This document shows positions 26,460 through 41,620 of a DNA stretch of 64,000 nt, in pieces. The stretch is from Ginglymostoma cirratum (taxonomy: Eukaryota), in contig JAHRHZ010000084.1 of NCBI GenBank assembly GCA_024137785.1, forward strand, positions 7,282,093-7,346,092. Direction: 5' to 3'. The notes under the pieces were generated by a model. It worked only from the letters and a program-made list of their open reading frames with translations, searched no databases and had not been told where the DNA came from. Each line of letters opens with the position of its first letter. The first letter of the stretch is position 1. A program made the position numbers and the translations under genes.

Positions 26460-28450
26460 TGCAGTGATATGGGTTAAAAGAAAAGCGCAATTGGACTGTG
26501 AGTTTAGCATTTGTTCTGCAACTGCGAATAAAGTCAATGCAGGAATGAGAAGTACAGCAGTGAAATTAAAGTCTCTTTTTCTTTTAAATGCATGTAGCAG
26601 CTTCATAAAATTGTGTTAATTATACAAATAGGTACAGTAAATAGTTCTGACTTGATCACGATTATTGAGATATGTCTACAAGTTAATCAAGGTTGGGAAA
26701 TAAACAATCCAGGGTACACAGATTTTAAAAGGAATTCAGAATTGTACAAGAGGAGGTTGATTTTGATAATAAGGAATGATGCAACCGCATAAGTAAGAAA
26801 ATCACAAAACAGAATCACTCTCCATAGTAAATGAAAGTATTGGAAATCAGAAAAAGGTAGCGGGCGCAGTTTGTAGGGTCCGTAACAGAAAGTAAACTGC
26901 GGACCAAGCAATGAACTAAGAGTTTGGAGCTGATCAAAAGGAACGATAACAAACATGGGTGAATTTAAGCTTCACAAAAGCTCCATCAATTAAATTGGTA
27001 AGGATGATCTGGAAAAGAAGTTTGTAGATTTTTTTTCTTGTAACAGTTCAACGCACCAATACATTTTACAGCTGCTGCTGACTGAAGATATCGTGGATTT
27101 AATGTTATATAATTAGATATTGTTATTTAATTATGTATGGTCTGCTATGAAGTAGTGATCTGAAAAGCATTGAATTCCAAGTAAGAATCATAAACATTAA
27201 CACAGGTGAGGCGATGACCTAGTGGTATTATCGCTGGACTGATATTCCAGAGACCTGCATAATATTCTGGGTGACCTGGATTCGAATCCCAACACGGCAG
27301 CTGGTGGAATTTGAATTCAATTAAAAAAATCTGGAATTAAGAATTTGATTATTACCATGAATCCATGGTCAATTGTCGGGAAAACCCACCTGGTTCACAA
27401 ATATCCTTGAAGGAAGCTGCTATCCTTACCTGGTCTGGCTGACATGTGACTGCGGCCCAACAGCAATGTGATTGATTCTGACCTGACCTCTGGGCAATTA
27501 GGGGTGGACAATAAATGCTGCCTAGCCAGCGATGTCGTCATCCCGTTAATGAGTAAAGAAAAACAATACAACTCATCAATATGAGGCGATACTATGTTAA
27601 TTATATCATTAGCCGGATCATTAAATGCACAGAACGAAGGGTTAAAGCGCACAAATTAAAATACCCATTAAATTTCAATTTGTTGAATATTAAAATCTCA
27701 GCAAGAAACATCACCCATGGCTCAGTCATTTAAAAAAATATGGTTTTAGATGTTAAAAAGAGGTTCATATCTTGCAAAGAATGTAAACAGGACTGAGAAA
27801 TTGGGGTGCCTCAAGAACTAAGAAGAAAGCATTGAAAAATTGATAGAGTGGGAAATAATGAAAGTAAAGCCGTTAAACATATAAAAACAGGTTGTAAGAT
27901 CATTATTCATTAACAAAAAGAAATACATTACCTAAAGTAAATATCGGTATCTCAGAAGTGGAAATAACAGAAATTTTCACAGCCAGTGAAGAAATCTATG
28001 ATATCTATGTTCTAACAAAATTCCTTATTTGCAAAAAACACTCACAGCAGATTGGGAGCTGGAAGATGTGAACTCAACTTCAAAGACAAAGAAAGAAAAA
28101 AGACAGAACCGAAGGGCAATTAGCCCAACATCATTCCTTATCAAAATTCTGCAACATCATCCTAGAAGAATGAACAATGCAGTTAGAAATGTGCAGCCTG
28201 ATTAACATAAGTCAACATAGTTTGACAAGATGGAAATCATGTTTGACACATATTTGAGAATGGTTGGAGACTTCATCTTGCAAGATAGTTAAAAGGGAAC
28301 CTACAAATATAGTGTGTCGGGGTTTCTAAAAGGCACTCAATAAGGGCAAGGGAAACCTGAGAACTGATAGAGTTCAGGTTATTATATTAACATCGATTGT
28401 CTAATGTACAAGACGCAAAGAGTTTGTGCAACTTAAAATTTTCAACTTGG
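26460..28450 (+). mobile_element. Old CR1 LINE relic (paralog of 6240-7460)
   Basis: ccagggtacaca.attttaaaaggaattcagaattgta is shared with copy A; degenerate RT-like sequence to about 28450. Confidence 0.75.
27205..27562 (+). mobile_element. tRNA-derived SINE, near full length, copy B only
   Basis: A box TGACCTAGTGG, B box GATTCGAATCC, LINE-like tail caataaatgctgcctagccagcgatg; same family as 61786 and 34335. Confidence 0.85.
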
Positions 28451-30667
28451 CAGGCTGTTCTTACTGCATTCAAGGATGTGTGCTACTTACAACCTATTTT
28501 TTTGTTTTTTTGCAGAATACGAGACATGAAGTATCGTAAATACGTTTCCTGATGATGCAAGCTAGGTGAAAAGGTACATAGTCAGACTAAGGGTTCTTCA
28601 GTTCAGTGTAGATAAAATTCGACAGAGGTTTCATGAGTTCGTGACATGAATACAAAACAACAACGATGATATGATAGACATTACGGGAAGATATGGCTGC
28701 AGGGTAAGCAAGACTAGATTTTGAATGTTAAAATGTGTGTGAAATTACACTAGAATAGCATCAAAACAAAAGGTTATGTGTTGGGTCTGTTAATAAATGA
28801 GTGATCTGTACAATCATGGCAAATCACCTCTGTCCAGAAAATAAATGTGCAATAATTGTGTGGGTGCACATAATAAATGGCAAAGAGAAGTTACAAGTAG
28901 AAGTAGCTAACTGCCCACCGATCATTAGCTACTTTTCAAAAAAAATTGTTGAAATACTGTGAATGGAAAGAAGAGTACTGCAATAGTTGGGGTGATTTTA
29001 ATATTAATACAGAACGGACACATCACATTTGCTGAAGTAAAACTGATGCCCAGACGGACATGGGTACATTTATGCAAGCGACACAGAAAGTTAGCATGCA
29101 GTTATAGCAATTTGTTAGGAAGTTTAATGACACATTAAATTTTATTCTGAGAAGCTTGGAGGAAAAGGAATAAAGAACTCTTGCTCCAATTGTACCAGGC
29201 TTTGGTGAGACAACCTCTTAAAATTTTGTGCTGTTTACTTTTAACATTTAAGGAAGGATGAAACAAAAAGAGAAATTGCTAGAGAAACATTTCTGAAGAA
29301 GGGTCACTCAAAACGCTAACTCTGCTTTCGTCTACAATGATGACAGATCTGCTAAATGTTCCCAGCCATTTCCGTTTGGTTACAGAAATCCAGCATCCAC
29401 GTTTATTGCATTTTTCTTTTCTGTCTCAGGTAGAATGCATTCAGATTGAAGAATGCAGAGTGAACTTTCAGTAAATTTATCATTGAGATAGGTTTGGTGT
29501 TCATTGTTGAGCGGCTGAGTAAATTCAGCCTTTATTCTCTGAAGTTTCAAAGAATGGTTGGCGGGGTGTCTCTTTCACTTGGGAAGCAGTTCATAGAGTG
29601 CTCTACGAACAATATTTTTTGGAACAGAATAATTTAGTACAGTCATTTGTTGAATGAGAATAGTTGTTGGATGATGTTGCAATCAACAAAGCCAGCAGGG
29701 AAAATAATCATAACTCAAAGGATTTTCACATTCTATGAGAAACTGAAAATCTTGGGTCTAAAAGAAGTGTCTAAAACTTAAATAAAAGACCACTTCAACG
29801 GTGCAGTAAAACACATTTAGACTCTTAACGAAGATATATTCCATCGGGAATGAATATGAACAGCTTTGACCAGCCACAGCTAGGTAAAGAAATGAATAGG
29901 TCTTTATGAAATTCTCCTGCTTACTATTTTATTTAAGCATTAACCTGCTTCTTTAAGTAGCTTACAATAGCAGACAAACACCTTTCTTGCCAAGATTCAA
30001 CCAGAACACCATCATAAAATAAAGAGGGAGAAGAACGAAATATTGAGAGAAACCAAACCAAAGAAGTAAATTAGAAAATAACGGGTGTTTTTCTTGTTAC
30101 TTGTAAACAACTTGAATACAGAATTAAATTTCAGATTTTGCAGATGAAGCCAAACTTGGAGTGGAAACAGAGGATGATAGTAATTTTTCATAAGAGTGTA
30201 TAAGCTAGTGAGTGGCGAGTGTAGTGTAGTAAAATGGAGATTATGAATTGTCTTGAATAAGTAAGGAGAGACAACATAGCCTTATTGGCGTCTTTCTGAA
30301 GAATATGCAAGAACAGACAAGCGCAGAAGGTGCTTTTGAATCAATCTTCGAATGTGGCAGGACATAATAAGAATATAGTTGTCAAACCTTATGTATTGTT
30401 AAAAATTGTCAATGGAGGCATTGTGTACTAGAGTAAGGAAGTAATGTTGAACCTTTATAGAACTGGTTACGTCACCACGAAAATATTGATTCTAGTTCTG
30501 GTCATCACAGTTCAGGAAAAGTCGGTCCTGGGGGTGATTTGTGTAAGATGTATCAGGAAAGTACTCGAGTTCGGAGATATTAGATATGTGATCCAGTTGG
30601 AAAGGCATGAGTGGTAGGCCTTGACGAAAGAAGATTGAGGGTATGACATAACAGAGTTGCACAAGAT

Positions 30668-30820
30668 TATAGAACATAGAACATAGAACGGTACAGCACA
30701 GTACAGGCCCTTCGGCCGACGAGGTTGTGCCAATCTATTATTCTACTAAAATCAAACTACCCTGCCTACCCTACATTTTACTATCCTCCGTGTGCCTATC
30801 AAACAGTCGCTTAAAAGTCT
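30668..30820 (-). mobile_element. Young CR1 3' end with (catagaa)n tail
   Basis: atagaacatagaacatagaacggtacagcacagtacaggcccttcggcc. Confidence 0.75.
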
Positions 30821-32029
30821 CTGCGGAAGGCTCAAATAAAGCAGTCAAGGAAAACTGTTCCCATTCATTGACAACACAAAATCTAAAGACGGTAGAGTTA
30901 AGGCGTTGGAAACGAAATGAAGAGGAAATGCAAAGAAGCATTGATTAATATGAGTGATATTGGCCTGGAAAATGCATTAGAGTGGTGGAAGCAGAGACCA
31001 TCGATGATTTCAAACGAGAAATCAATGGGCACATGAAGAAAGTAAACCTGCAGGGTGACAGTAATAAAACAAGGGAGTAGCACTGAGTTGCCTCAAGAAA
31101 ATCCTTCAGGCTCGATAAGCCATGTGCTGTCTTTAATATCTCTAAATTGCTCTAATTTAAAGTTATTTTCATGTATTCATTGATGGCAAACGGGTAGCAA
31201 CATACGAGGCCAACACTTCTTGTCTATCCTAATTGATCTTGAGGTGATGGTGAGTTGCCTTTTTGAACTATTGCATTCCATCTGGCATTGCACCCGTAAT
31301 GCTATTAGGAAAATGGTTTGATTACTTCGACAAGCAACAGCAAAACGACAGAGGTAAAATTCTATGACAGCATAGAAATGGTGACATCCCAAAATATGTA
31401 TTGCTCTTGATCTCCTGAGTGGTAGACGTCATAGGCTTACGAAACACTGGAAAATGGTGAGAGGAAATTTCACACCAGCATTTATTTGCAAGCTCGATTA
31501 TCTGAAGCAGTGAGTGACAATGGACTAACAGGTAATATTAAACATTACTTTCACAGACTGAACAAAATGGCGGAGATGATAAGCTGTCTTGTGCTACGTG
31601 AAGTTTGCTGATTTCAAAAAAAAAGTCATCAAAACCTATATAGCAAGACAAATGTACGGGAAATGCAGATGTAAAGCTGACAAGAGAGAAGCTGAGAATC
31701 CAGAAAAGCATCTGACATTGTATATTAATTATAGATGGAAGCCGAGGCTATCCCATCATATGCCATCAATTGGGTACCAATCACTATTCCATAGGTCAAT
31801 AAGGAATAATGATCTGGAACATTACAAGTAACTCATGTGAATGATGGGAAGAGAAGGTGAAATGTTAATTTTCACCTTCAGTGTTGAGTGTTATGTCCAA
31901 ACATAGTAGGTTGTCAAATACAGCTCTAGAGTTTACTATATAAGACTCTCTGTTCATCTGATTATTCTTAACTGGTATCTTCTCTCTTTCATGACTGACA
32001 TGAATCTCATTACAGCATATTTACCTCCA

Positions 32030-33995
32030 GTCTATGGGAGAACTATTCCAATATCAGAGCTTTTCATGAGAAGGAGGGCTGGGCTTTCAGGCAGAAATTC
32101 AAAATTTGCTGCAGGCCCTATATTCAACAAAAGGGTAATGTAGAGCATCAGTGCAAAAGACAAGGCTGATGCATTTAAGTCCATTTTCAACTAGAAGAGT
32201 CAAAAAATACATTGTTGACTCGTCCTGATATCCGCAGCATCACAGATGCCTGTCATCAATGAATATTATTTCATTTATGTGATATCAATAAACATAAGAA
32301 GGGAATGTCAAGAATCATACGAAGGCACCAGACGAAGACAACAATAAGCCAGCTGAAGATATCGAATCCAGACTAGATTTTTCATGGCCAACCTGTTCCA
32401 CCAGACACTACGCCACAGGCATCTGACTGGCAATATGCAAAATTGCCCAGGTATGTCCTCAAAAAGCAGGACACCTCCAGACATGCCAACTTCCACCATA
32501 TCAATCTACTTTGCACCATTAGAAAGGTTATGGAAGGGGGCAGTGTTATGAAAAGACACTTGCACAGCAGTAAATTGTTCACTGGGGCTCATTTAGGATT
32601 CTTCCAGAGACATTCAAGTCCGAACCGCATTTCAGATTATGTTCCAAACATGGACAAAAAGACATGAACTCCAGAGGTGAGGTGAGAGTGAGTGCCCTGA
32701 TCATCAAGCAAGAACTTGAACAAACATGGCTTCACGGGTACTCACAAGTCTGGAATTTGATGGTGCTCAGAGGGAAAAGATTCCGGGAAGTGGAGTCATA
32801 CTCAGCAGAAAGGATGATCTTTGTTGCTGTTGAAAATCAATCTGCTCAGCCCAAGTCCAATACAGTAGGATACCAAATAAAAACCAAAAGAACTGAAGAT
32901 GCTTTAAATCAGGAACAAAAATAGACGTAACTGGTAAAGCTCAGGAGGGGTCACCAGAACCGAAACGTTAACTCTAATCTAATATTCGCAGATGCACCCA
33001 GGCCTGCTAGAGCTTTTAGAGTCACTTCTGGTTTTGCTCCAATTAGGAGTTCCTCAGGGTAGTCTCTTAGTCAATCATCTTCAAATATTCCGATTACTTT
33101 GTCACCAAATAGCCAGAATTTAACGTATTTGTTGGTGATTGCTCAATGTCCACAATAACTCACAACTCATGTGTTCCTTGTCAAAATGGAGTAAGACCTG
33201 ACTGGTACTAGGCTTCGACTAGTAGATAGCAAATAACACTCGTGCCACAAGGCTGCCTGTCAATGGGAATCTCAAACAATAAAGAATTAAACATTGCCCT
33301 GCAGCATTTGTTGGCATCACCATCATTGAAAGCCCCATTTTCAAAATTCTGCAGTCGTTGTTGACCTGAAACTGAGCTCGAAGAATTAAATTAATACTGA
33401 CATTGCATGAACAGTTGAGGGCAAGGGTTTCTGCAGTGAATAGTTTGCCTCCAGACGTGCCAATGCCTTTCCACCATCTACAAGTCATCAGTCAGCAGCG
33501 TCATGGAATACTCTCCCATCGCCTGGATATGTGCAGATCTGAGAGCAACCTAGAAGCTGATCACCATCCAACGAAAAGCAGCCTATTTCACTCAAATTCA
33601 ATCCAACACATTCCACATTCAATTCATCCACACTTAAGATACGGGGAAAACAATGTGTACTGTCTGAAAGTCGCCCAGTCGCAAATCTCCAAGGCACCTC
33701 CAACAGCAACTTCCAATCTTGTGACGTCTACCATCTGGAAGGAAAAGGGCAGCAGATGTTGGGGTCATCTGCAAGTTCCTCTCCAAGACACATACCGTCC
33801 TGCTTTACATTTCTTATTGTGCACTCATTTGTTGCTGAATCAAAATCCTTGAACTTCCTCTGAACAAGAGTATGGAAGCGTTTACACACAAAGGACTGTC
33901 ACATTCAAAGGCCAGCTTAACACTATCATCAGGGTGATTTGGAATGCATAATATTTTAGAAAAATTAGCCAGTAATATCCATACACCATGAAGAA
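32030..33995 (+). mobile_element. CR1-clade LINE (RT to 3' tail), interrupted by a hairpin element at 32875-33040
   Basis: NSRGEVRVSALIIK, GVPQGSL, FVGDCS motifs; the element resumes after the insertion. Confidence 0.8.
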
Positions 33996-34334
33996 AGCAA
34001 GAGTGATTCGTTCTCAAACTTCTTGTCAAGAAGGAATTCAACTCATTTCCTGCATTGTGCGAAGTAAACGTCTCATGAACCATGTCCGACACCAATAGAA
34101 GGCACAAACTATCGAAACTTGTTTGTGATTCATTACTTTTCAGGACCATTTTTTTTACAAGTCAGTTCAACTCAATAGCTGAAGTCCAGATCAAATTGCA
34201 TATTTCCTTTGTAACTATAATGTTCTCAAATGCTTTTTGATATTATTTCAAGAATATGTGCATGTGACCTTATGACTGACTGCGAGTGAAATAACGGCTT
34301 ACCTATGTTTCCGTCAAATTGTATATATTTTCTT

Positions 34335-34654
34335 TTTATTCATTCATGGATGAGGGTGACATTGACCGGGCAAAATTTATTGCCCAGGCTGCAGTTCAGA
34401 CTCACCCCATTGCTGTATGTTTAGAGTCATGTGGGACAAAGTTAAGGGTGGCAGTTTCCTTCCCTAGATGACATTAGTGAACCAGATGGGTTTTTCTGTC
34501 AATTGATAATGCGGTCATGGTCATCATAGGACTCTTTTTGCTAGATTCAAATTCCACCACCTGCAATGGCGGGATTTGAATCCAGGTCACTGGAACGTTT
34601 TCTGGATCTCTGGACTAACAGTCCAGTGATAATACTACGAGTCCATTGCCTCCC
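34335..34654 (-). mobile_element. tRNA-derived SINE
   Basis: Reverse complement of the 27205/61786 family. Confidence 0.8.
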
Positions 34655-34844
34655 CTTGCTGATTACAATGTGGTCTTACTGCACTTGGAAAACTAATCAT
34701 GGAATGTTTGATGATTCTGTGGAATTCCTCCATTATGTCTGCAGTTTTGGTGTTTACTATGCCAAAATATTAAAGTCAAAAATGTAATTAATCTCCATTA
34801 ACTCGTCTTTCAAAGACCCCCACGGGAGGGAACATCCACTATCT

Positions 34845-35590
34845 CAGATGGCTGCAGAGTTCGACGCTCCCGACGGAGCTCCTCTGCTCTGCCTGTTCTT
34901 TTTCTTTCTCTTTCTTTTTTTGTCCTTCCCTCCACTCATCCACCCTCAGCGCCTGAGGCGAAAACCTGCATGTATCGGCAGGAAGTGCACGGAGCAGCAA
35001 ATCCTGGAGTTTGATCCCAGGGAACAAGTCGCAACACTGTGTGAAGTTGCGTGTCCTGGAGCAGCGTGGAGAATGAGCCACTGCGAGACTCGGAGCAACG
35101 CAGGACCTGCAAGCCCTGGAAGATGGCGTGGGCTGAAGCAGAACGGGGAGCAAGCCGCTGCACTGAGGGGAACAAGCAGGTACAGTGTGGGCTGCCAGCC
35201 TTGGAATATTGCATGGGGAATCCTAAGTACCGGTGTGGCGTGAGTGAGGCGAATCCCAGTAAAGCGCCGATTACCTTGTTGCTATTCAGTGCCAGTGACG
35301 CACAGAATGGAGGCTGGTGTGATGACGGACAATTGTTGCACTTGGGCCTGTAGCCACATGCTGAGCCGATGCTGTTTGGTACTCTTACCTGACTGTAATA
35401 TAAATCCTTACCTTTTAATCCTCTTGTATAATAACATTTTTCTTTTACTCTATAACATTTGTACTTCGGTAATTGTATCCAAGAGACCGCCATTAAAAGG
35501 CAGCATTAGTAAAGCCAAAGCCTTTTCACAGTACTCCTGTACTTTTCTGCTGGAGTATAGGTGACAATAAAGGATATTCTATTTTATTGG
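34845..35590 (+). mobile_element. Non-autonomous retroposon-like element, family unassigned
   Basis: GC-rich head (ggagctcctctgctc shared with 62311) and gtgacaataaa..attctattttatt tail. Confidence 0.5.
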
Positions 35591-37129
35591 TGGAAAGCTT
35601 TAGTAAACATCGATTCAGACTCACCTGTTCATTTCGGTGACAATGCATTTCCCAAATGTCATGGTTGAATGTGATCATATGCCACATCCTTTAATGCTAT
35701 GGTTGCACAGACATCTACGAATATCACATTCCAAAATAGTTGCCCTGTGAAGACTTTGACCTTCCGTCAACGACGGTTGACCACCTGATATCAAAACACC
35801 TGATACCTTACCCTGCTGTGTACGGCATCAATGACGCCACATCATTTAGATTTAAGTACAAGGGTTTAGTACAACGTTTTAGGATTGAGGATTAGTTTAA
35901 TAGAATTAATGTAAGTCTATTCAGGTTAGCACTTAGAGTGGTGTTTGGGGCCCGATGCTTTAGGAATAAGGATTGGGTCGATAGAATCAATGTAAGTCTG
36001 TTTAAGCTTGTAGGTAGCATTGAATTGGGGACATCTACTTGGGCTACTGTTACGATAGCAGCTGACAGTAATACTGTACAATTCAGATCTCAGAGTGAAG
36101 CCTGGCTTGATAGATCCTCAGTTTTATATTTGAATTTTCATAATCGAGATGGCCCCTCGACATAGGAGATGGCCAATGATCCTTTAACTAAAAAACATAA
36201 GTTTACTACAGAAAAAAAAACACCCAAAAGCATGAAAAGCAACATAGAAAGATCTTTACATAAACAGCAAAAGGAAAGTTTCAACTCTGTTCCATAAAAT
36301 ATCCTTTACAGTCAACCAATGCAGGCAAAGTATCACTCTAATCATAACGTAATTTTCTTAATTCACTGATGATGTCCAATGCATTTCTTTTTAGTGACTT
36401 TCACCAGATGTGATTCTACTCATTACAGTCACTGCAAGACACGTATAGACACTGGCTGCTTCATTGACACTTTTTATGTGAACTTTAAGAAAAGCCCTGC
36501 CTACTTAAACTACAAAACACTTTAACATTTACTTGCAACTTTGACAGCTTGGACTGATACAAACTAAACTAAATAACAGTTTTGCTGCTGGGAGAACTGT
36601 TCTTCTATGGAACTCAAGCTTGTAATAGACAATTGGTTTCTATTTTATAAAATTCAACTCAATTAAAGCCAAATACTTATTACGATTCAGAACAATAATA
36701 ATCAGTATGGTTGGATATCTATATTTCAAAATATTTTCTAGCTAAAACTAGGTTCAGTCTCTTTCCCACCATCCAACATTTCAATTGACGCATCATTAAA
36801 ATGACCAGAAAGTAAAATGGAAGCAAAGTGAAGTCACTGAGTTGAACAACCAGCTTGAATGTCTTAACATAATTCGGAGCAGGTAAAATTCGTGGGGTCA
36901 TTAATACAGCTTTTAGGTTGTGAAATGTACTCAAGCAGTGTTGTCCACTAGAAACATGTCAAAGTTGGCACTAAGTCTTGAAGTTCAGAAGAACCTTCTC
37001 ACGAAATCCATTCATTTATTCTCCATTCGTCCTGGTGTTTTTCACTTTGCTACTTGTTTCTTTCCTCATTCTAAATAATTGTCTTTTCTGACTATCGTTC
37101 CTGCCTTATGTTATTATTCTTATCTCATG

Positions 37130-39000
37130 TTAATTGCCCTGGATGCCAAGAACTCTTAGTTCCTCAACTAGTCTGCCATGTGAGAGCTTGTCAAACACCA
37201 TGCTGAAGTGCACAGAGAGGCCATCATCTATATTACTCTCATTCACACACCTAGTCACGATCTCGAAAAATTCAATCAAATTTGTTTAGACATGGTCTCC
37301 TCCAAATAAAACCCTGATGGCTTTCGTTAATTAATCCTTGCCTTTTTAATTGAAGATTAATTCTGTCATTCTGAATGCTTTTTTCCAAACTTCCCGGAAC
37401 ACATGTCGCTGGCCCAAAGTTTCCTGGTTTATCCCATCACCATTCTTGAATAAAGCCGCCCTCCAGTCCACTGACATAACTGTACTGGTAGAGCAGATTG
37501 AATATTAATGTCAGAGCCCCTGAAATCTCCTCGGTTGCCTCCCACAGCAGGTTTACATACATCTGGGCCTAGAGGTTAATCTGCTTTCAAGCCTGCTAAA
37601 CCTATTAATACCTTCTTCCTCTCAGTGTTAAGATGTGCAAGAATACCTTAATTAATACAATTGCCCTTCCCTCAGTTCAGAGCCTTTATTAACCGTCGTC
37701 TCTGTCCTTATCCACATTTTACTTAAATCTTTCTGAATTGTGGTCACTACCACTGAAATGCTGCCCATCTGCCACATCTACCATGGCCAGGTCTACCCAG
37801 TTTTGTTCCTGAAACTTAAGATAAACAAGCCAGCGGCAGACACCGCCCAACTCCCCAGTTCCCCACCCATCCCAACTCACTACGTGTTGGCTTAAAATGC
37901 TCTCATGAGCACACTTGAAGAATTCCACCTACTCTAAGCATTTTATGTTTTATCTACCCCAGCTAATAGTCAGAAAGTTGAAATCCCATACTTTTATTAC
38001 CCAAATACTTCTACAATTGTCTCAGATTTGGCTAATTCTCTCTCTTTCTGCCTCTCCCTGACTCATTAGGATCTACAGTTCAACCACGCAAAGAGATGTC
38101 CAGTTTTTTTTTTCTTTAAGTACTACCTAAATGGAGACATTTGTCTTTACTTATGACCTGTATGGAGAAATTTAGGAATGTTCTAAGACATCATCTTCCT
38201 TACTGCAGTAATGAACTCTGATTGATGTTGTGAAATCACATCTTCTTTAGCAGCCCCTTCCTGTACTTGGCTCGAAGATTCTGTGCCCTGGAATATTGAG
38301 TCGTTAGTCCCTTTCTTCCCTCAAAAATGTCTCCATAATACTAATGATACCGTATCCTCATGCCTTAATCAAAACGTCTACCTCATCTGCCTTACTCACA
38401 ACTCATTGCATTAAAATAAATGCCATCCAGCCTTTTCACGTTTCCATGCGCAATTACTTCATTATGTTTGTAGTGCCCTCTACACCAACTCGATTATTCT
38501 TCTACACTTGTCTGGGCATCCCCCAAGTGTACTTTCACTCCATACCTTGACCCCCTACCACATTAGCGTAAACAACCGTCAAACACACTAGTAAGCTGCC
38601 CTGGAAGTATGTTGGTCACGTTGTTGTTCATGTGACATTACTGACCCTCGCCCCAGGGAGACAACACATCATTTTAGAATCCGTGGTTGCAGAATTGCCT
38701 GTCTGAGGCTCTCACTATTGAATCTCCTATTACCATTGTACTCTCTGGGCACTGGTTGCACTCTCACCGTTTTCCAATACAGAAAATGCACTCTGGAGTG
38801 AGAAACACTCTGATGCTTCCCTGATCTACCGCCCTTCGTTTGACTGATGATCACCCATTGCCTCATTGATTGCATGTTTATAAGCTGTGCGGTGATCATG
38901 TCCCGAAGTGCTACCCATTTAACTCTCAGACTCACAGATGCGTTGTTTTGTCTCCAAAAAGTGGTGTTCAAGCTCATCAAACCAGTGGTAATTTCTGCAG
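37130..39000 (-). mobile_element. CR1 LINE relic (paralog of 11900-12960, less deleted)
   Basis: Collinear with copy A; reverse strand FSMVFDKLSHGRL. Confidence 0.75.
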
Positions 39001-41503
39001 ATGCTTTCATCCACATTGCCAGGAGCTTTCATTATTTTGCACACATTGCAAATAGTGTAACATACGGGACTGATTTCCCCTGATGAATTGGGAGTTTCCT
39101 TTTATTCACCACAACCCACAAAACCACATGTAGGCACTTGGAAGCTTCATGCCTGTGCAAGGAAGACAAACTCTTCCCATGCAAAAGGTGGATGTCGAAC
39201 TGCTGATAGAAACTTTGATTATCATACTGGTTCTAAGTGGGCATTAAATTATTTGAATGTACTGATTACCTGTAATACGTGTCATTCTACTCATCTAATC
39301 ACGGTCCAATTCCATCTCTGACGTTTGCATAGTAAAATAGCACCAGGGCATATGTACAGCAAGGAGGGGAGGTAAACGGATGCCAAACGACTATGTCATT
39401 AAGCTTGTTTAATTAATTATTAACAATTATTAACAATTAATCTTTATATTTTGGAAAATCCTATCTGTTGATTGCTCCAGTAGAATGGCTTCACATCTAA
39501 GTGTGACTCTTTTGGCCTTCTCCTCATGAGAAAGAGGCCATTTGATATGGGCCTAGCATCATTCACATCGAAAAGTTATCGGTTCACTGTCCTGTAGAAG
39601 TCGCCACAACTCTGGTTCACGACCCTTTATTTTAAATCTTTCTCCTCTGTTTGTGCCATGTTTGTTCTGCTAACCAGTCTGTTCTTGTGCAATCTTAACA
39701 TGCTGGATTAATTCAACTGTTTTTTGGAAGCTATTTTACTTGCTCCAAATAACATGGTCTTAAAGATGTAGTTTTTTTCGCAACTGATCTTCTCCCCACA
39801 CACATGCCATACCTTATCTCAGTCTTAAGCCTACTTCCCTTATTATACCATTAACTCATTCGTCATGTGCTTATAACCCTACAACAGTCTTAATACTATT
39901 ACTTAATTCCATTGCTTCTAACTTTCCCTGACTTCTGGTGCTTCATGACATGATGTACAGATGGTCCCTAACGACAAAATAAATTTACCCAATTTCTGTG
40001 GTATCACACTTGTTATTTATCATTCGTTCTACTTTTTTCAACTCCATTGTTTGCCATTGTTCTATTAGTTTTCTGAAACTGCTGCCTTTTCAATTCCAAC
40101 AATTTCTATTTCTCCAATTTCCTTGTGCATTTCTATATGATCAAATCCCCAGAATTAACTGGAGACTTGTGATATCATAGGTCCCTGCCAGAACTGCTGC
40201 TTCTCAGGTTTTTCAGACTTGATACTCTTTTAAATCAGTCTTAAGAGTTGGAATTCTTGCACATTTGTGATTTCCGTCATGCTGTCAGGGTTTTCCTCAA
40301 ACTTTAGAGATCAAAATCACTTCGCCCTTGCAAATTCTTCATATACCTACTTAGTTTTCTTTATTATCAATGAAATCTGCATTGATATCTTCAAGGCCAA
40401 GTTGTATGCATTTACTATTCCTTTTCATGTTGAAGTTTTATAGTCTGCATACGGTTATTTTTGAAAATTGATACACATGTGCATGGTTGTACATGTCGAA
40501 ACATCCTATAAAATTCCAATCCAAACGTCCTTCAACTGTTATATTTACTGGGATATATTCACAAAACAGGTTGAATATCCTTTCACTCAATTTTCCATAA
40601 TCATAATAATTAATAATAATTAACGTTTCAAACACAAAATAATTTCAGTTCTGAAGAGGTCACTGGACCACAAACGTTAACTAGCTTTTTCTACACAGAT
40701 GCTTCTAGTCCTGCTGAGCTTTTTCCAACAGTTTCTGTTTTTGTTTGATTTCCAACATCCGCAGTCCTTTTTTTGTTACAAAATAATTTCATTTTCCTTC
40801 ATAATTTGACCTATACGTCTCATGATTGACTTGATTGAGTGACTGTACAGTCTACTTACTTCACTAATTCTCCTGTGCAGAACAGTAAGGGTTTAACCTC
40901 AAAGATCTCAATGTGTTTCGATTGGGTAAGGACAACGCGAACGCTGGGAATAGGATATCTATTAAACAGCCCGCCTCGAAGGTAAGTTAAAAGTTAAAAT
41001 TGTTTTCCAGCGATTTTCATTCTGCGGCAGAGAGACAGACAGCTATCAATTGTCACTGTTCAGGCTCCAAAGTCAATATCATTTATTGGCTTTTTTAAAA
41101 TATGTTTAAGATGTCTATCGATTAAGCTCGAAAGTGGTGACATTTCCGCCGTCAGATGAACACCATCTTGCAAGGAAATAGTGACCTCGTCTGGTCAGTC
41201 GACTTTAGCATTGAGCGAAGAGGTTTCAAGAATTTCCAAGATTTAGGGAAATAATAAGATCACCATATTTCACTAGAAATAACAGTCAAAGGAAATTTTC
41301 GAACTTGCCTTGATGTCGGGATAACGTTTCCTTACAGAAAAATATATCCATAGCGCACCTTTCATACTCACTGGACTTCCCAAAGTGGTTACATCCAACT
41401 TTTTAAGATTGGTGACATCTGTGATGTAGGAGACGCCACAGCCAATTCGCAAGCTGCAAACTTCCCAAATTATCAATGTGAAAATGACCAGGTAAGCATT
41501 TGT

Positions 41504-41504
<1 letters not shown>

Positions 41505-41538
<34 letters not shown>

Positions 41539-41620
41539 TGTGCGTGTGTGCGCGCGCGCGCGCCTGTGTGTGTGTGCGAGAGAGAGAGACTGTGGGAGAG
41601 GGAGAGTGACAGAGAGAAAG
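41505..41620. repeat. (GT)n(GC)n(GA)n compound microsatellite
   Basis: Directly visible. Confidence 0.95.

Noticed and set aside
27205-27295. tRNA-like A/B boxes
   Set aside because: They are the head of a multicopy SINE, not a tRNA gene
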